Origin: Verrucomicrobiia bacterium
GTDB lineage: Bacteria; Acidobacteriota; Terriglobia; Acidiferrales; UBA7541
Direction: 5' to 3'
DNA: 64,000 nt
Assembly: GCA_035500255.1 (NCBI GenBank)
Contig: DATJXJ010000082.1
Coordinates: 19,188 to 83,187 of the forward strand
Positions 61,646 to 64,000 of this stretch are shown piece by piece. Below the pieces are notes generated by a model. The model had not been told where the DNA came from. It saw only the letters and a program-made list of their open reading frames with translations, and made no database searches. Position 1 is the first letter of the stretch; every line of letters starts with the position of its first letter. Position numbers and translations under genes: made by a program.

Positions 61646-63727
61646 ATGGCCGCAGCCGCTCAAGCCCAGCCGAGGATCCTGCGGAGCGCCTCCGCCGACT
61701 GGCTCGTTCCCGTCGCGACCGTCGCCCTCGTTTTCATGATGCTCGTGCCCGTGCCGAGCTTCGTGCTCGATATTTTTCTCGCGACGAGCGTGACTCTTGG
61801 AATTGTCGTCCTCTTGTCCGCTCTGTACATTCTCAAGCCCGTGCAGTTTTCAGTATTTCCCACGTTGCTCTTGTTCCTCACGCTGTTCCGGATTTCGCTC
61901 AACATCGCCAGCAGCCGTCGGATTTTGCTGCACGGCAACGAAGGCGCCAGCGCCGCCGGCCACGTGATCGAGGCGTTCGGACAATTCGTCGTCGGCGGCA
62001 ATTACGTCGTTGGCTTCGTGGTCTTCCTGGCGTTGATCGCGATTCAGTATCTGGTCATCAACCATGGTGCGGTGCGAACCGCCGAAGTGGCGGCGCGCTT
62101 CACTTTGGACGCCTTGCCGGGCAAGCAGATGGCGATCGATGCGGACATGAACGCCGGTCTGATCGACGAGACGCAGGCGCGCTCCCGCCGCGAACAGATC
62201 GCCCGCGAAGCGGAGTTCTACGGCGCGATGGATGGAGCGGCGCGATTCAGCCAGCGCGATGCTCTCGCAACCATCTTGATCACCGCGATCAATATCATCG
62301 CCGGCTTCCTGATCGGCGTGATTCAGCTGCACATTCCCTTCGATCAGGCGCTCAAGACCTATACGGTTCTTACAGTCGGCGATGGCCTGGTCACCATGAT
62401 TCCCTCGCTGCTCGTCTCGGTCGCGGGCGGCATGGTCGTCACGCGCACGTCGACGGACAACGTGCTGGGCGTCGAGCTGGGCAAGCAGCTCTTCAGCAAG
62501 AAGGTCCCGCTGCGTATCGCCGCGGGGGTGATGTTTTTTCTCGGGCTCATTCCGGGCCTTCCCAAGCTGTCGTTTTTCCTGCTGTCCGCGATCTCTTTCT
62601 ATCTGTCTTCGCGCGCCTCCGATCAAGCCGCGACGCCCGCGCAAGAGAGCAGCGCCGGAGGCGCAAAGAAGGATCCGAAGGCAAACGCACAGCAGCAAAT
62701 TGAGCAGCTGCTCAAACTCGACGAGCTCAGCCTCGAAGTGGGCTACGCGCTCGTCTCGCTGGTCGATCAGGCGCAGGGTGGGCAGTTGCTGCAGCGCATT
62801 CGCGCGCTTCGCCGCCACCTGGCCCTGCAGCTCGGCTTCCTGGTGCCTTCGATTCACATCACGGACAACATGAAGCTCAAGCCGCGCGAGTACGTCATCT
62901 ATCTTCGCGGCGTCGAAATCGCCCGATGGCAGATGTACCAGGACCACATTCTCGCCATTAGCTCGGAGCCAAACCCCGCGCCGCTCGATGGTTTTGACGC
63001 GCGCGAGCCCGCCTTCGGCACGCCTGCAAAGTGGATTCCGCCGGCTTTGCAGGAGCAGGCGATCGCCAAGGGTTACGTCGTGGTGGACCAGACGTCGGTG
63101 CTTGCCACACACGTCGCCGAAATCGTGCGCCAGTTCGCTTACGAATTGCTGACGCGGCAGGAAGTGAAGCGTCTGATGGACGCCCTTGCCGAGACGAAGC
63201 CGAAACTTGTCGACGAGCTCGTGCCGCGCCTGCTCACGATGGGCGAGGTGCAGCGAGTGCTGCAGCAGCTTCTGCGCGAGCAGGTCTCGATCCGCGACCT
63301 CTCGACGATTCTCGAAGTGCTCATCGATACGGCCCCTGTCAACAAGTCGCAAGTCGCGCTCGTGGAGGCCACGCGGCAGGCGCTCGGCCGCGCGCTCGTT
63401 CAGCCGCTGCTCGGCGACGACCGCAAGCTGAAAGTGATGACGCTCGATCCGATATTGGAGCAGCAGATTCAGCGGAGTTTTGAGCCGCAGCCCGCCGGCG
63501 AGCGCACCGCCCTGGCGCAACCCTCGCCGTTGCGCCGCGTGCTCGAAAGTCTTCAGAAGGTCGTCGGAGACAAAGTGGCGCTGAATTCCATGACGCTGCT
63601 CTGCAACAGCCCCGCGCGATTTCATCTGCGCCGATTGCTGGAGCCCTTCCTTCCGCGCGTCGTCGTGCTTTCGCCGGCTGAGATTCCGGCCAGTGTTTCG
63701 ATTCAATCTCTTGGAGTCGTGCGATGA
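61646..63727 (+). CDS. flhA: flagellar export gate protein FlhA
   Basis: 693 aa. 'FPTLLLFLTLFRISLNIASSRRIL', 'RFTLDALPGKQMAIDADMNAG' and 'FYGAMDGAARF'. Confidence 0.95.
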   Translation: MAAAAQAQPRILRSASADWLVPVATVALVFMMLVPVPSFVLDIFLATSVTLGIVVLLSALYILKPVQFSVFPTLLLFLTLFRISLNIASSRRILLHGNEGASAAGHVIEAFGQFVVGGNYVVGFVVFLALIAIQYLVINHGAVRTAEVAARFTLDALPGKQMAIDADMNAGLIDETQARSRREQIAREAEFYGAMDGAARFSQRDALATILITAINIIAGFLIGVIQLHIPFDQALKTYTVLTVGDGLVTMIPSLLVSVAGGMVVTRTSTDNVLGVELGKQLFSKKVPLRIAAGVMFFLGLIPGLPKLSFFLLSAISFYLSSRASDQAATPAQESSAGGAKKDPKANAQQQIEQLLKLDELSLEVGYALVSLVDQAQGGQLLQRIRALRRHLALQLGFLVPSIHITDNMKLKPREYVIYLRGVEIARWQMYQDHILAISSEPNPAPLDGFDAREPAFGTPAKWIPPALQEQAIAKGYVVVDQTSVLATHVAEIVRQFAYELLTRQEVKRLMDALAETKPKLVDELVPRLLTMGEVQRVLQQLLREQVSIRDLSTILEVLIDTAPVNKSQVALVEATRQALGRALVQPLLGDDRKLKVMTLDPILEQQIQRSFEPQPAGERTALAQPSPLRRVLESLQKVVGDKVALNSMTLLCNSPARFHLRRLLEPFLPRVVVLSPAEIPASVSIQSLGVVR

Positions 63728-63773
63728 GTGACCGCCGCAGGTGCCACATGAGAATTCAAGGACGACACAGCCG

Positions 63774-64000
63774 ATGACCAGGGACCCCAACATCGAGAAC
63801 AACGAAGCCGCGCTCAGCGCCGCCGAGCGAGAGAAACTCGTGCTCGAGCATCTGCCCGAAGTGCGTTACATCGCCCGGCGAATTCACGAGCGCCTGCCTG
63901 TGCAGGTTCCGTTCGAAGATCTCGTGCACGCGGGCATTATCGGCTTGATGGAAGCGCTGCAGCGGTTCGATCCCAAGAAACAAGTTCACTTGAAGAGCTA
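63774..64000 (+). CDS. fliA: flagellar sigma factor (FliA/sigma-28-like), 3'-truncated by the window end
   Basis: Not in the ORF track because there is no stop in the window. My translation from ATG 63774: MTRDPNIENNEAALSAAEREKLVLEHLPEVRYIARRIHERLPVQVPFEDLVHAGIIGLMEALQRFDPKKQVHLKS. This is a sigma-70 region 2.1/2.2 pattern, located directly after flhA. Confidence 0.65.
   Translation, partial: MTRDPNIENNEAALSAAEREKLVLEHLPEVRYIARRIHERLPVQVPFEDLVHAGIIGLMEALQRFDPKKQVHLKS

Noticed and set aside
61850-63802. 650-aa minus-strand ORF, and the 376-aa plus-strand ORF at 61573, overlapping flhA
   Set aside because: Both have Arg/Gly/Asp-rich low-information translations. The flhA frame has strong family motifs, so these are artefacts of GC-rich codon structure.
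1-64000. CRISPR arrays, IS elements, integrases and prophage genes
   Set aside because: I saw no regularly spaced direct repeats and no transposase, integrase or phage structural signatures in any frame of the ORF track.

Overview
High-GC (~60%+) bacterial chromosomal window. Gene content suggests Acidobacteriota (Solibacter/Bryobacter-like), but that is a low-confidence guess. I saw no rRNA, tRNA, CRISPR array, transposase or integrase. The window falls into five blocks. (1) 0-9 kb: envelope and metabolic genes (deacetylase-like, YaiO-like OMP, carboxylesterase, ACT protein, MetE-like, Fe-ADH, VOC dioxygenase). (2) 9-19.3 kb: two accessory modules made of poorly characterised families. The first is an exported/membrane cluster with two paralogous Cys-pair secreted proteins, an exported MBL hydrolase, a small periplasmic protein whose predicted mature N-terminus is His-His, and four tandem paralogous 4-TM proteins. 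The second is an ECF sigma / zf-HC2 anti-sigma / 258-aa unknown / TPR-CHAT protease operon. (3) 20-36 kb: a catabolic island of hydrolases, oxidoreductases and two MFS transporters. (4) 36-42 kb: signalling genes (REC-GGDEF, REC-Hpt, orphan OmpR regulator, Ig-repeat lipoprotein) plus a self-contained 18-codon Lys/Ala-rich micro-gene with its own promoter-like element, SD and intrinsic terminator. (5) 42.5-64 kb: a flagellar cluster (sigma-54 activator lacking an HTH, cytoplasmic HK, NtrC-type RR, flgBC, fliEFGHIJ, fliK, flgDE, fliL, fliN, fliOPQR, flhBA, start of fliA). Its unusual features are a very long FliK, a one-domain FlgD, no fliM and no flhFG. All calls come from reading the translations and motifs by eye; no database search was run.
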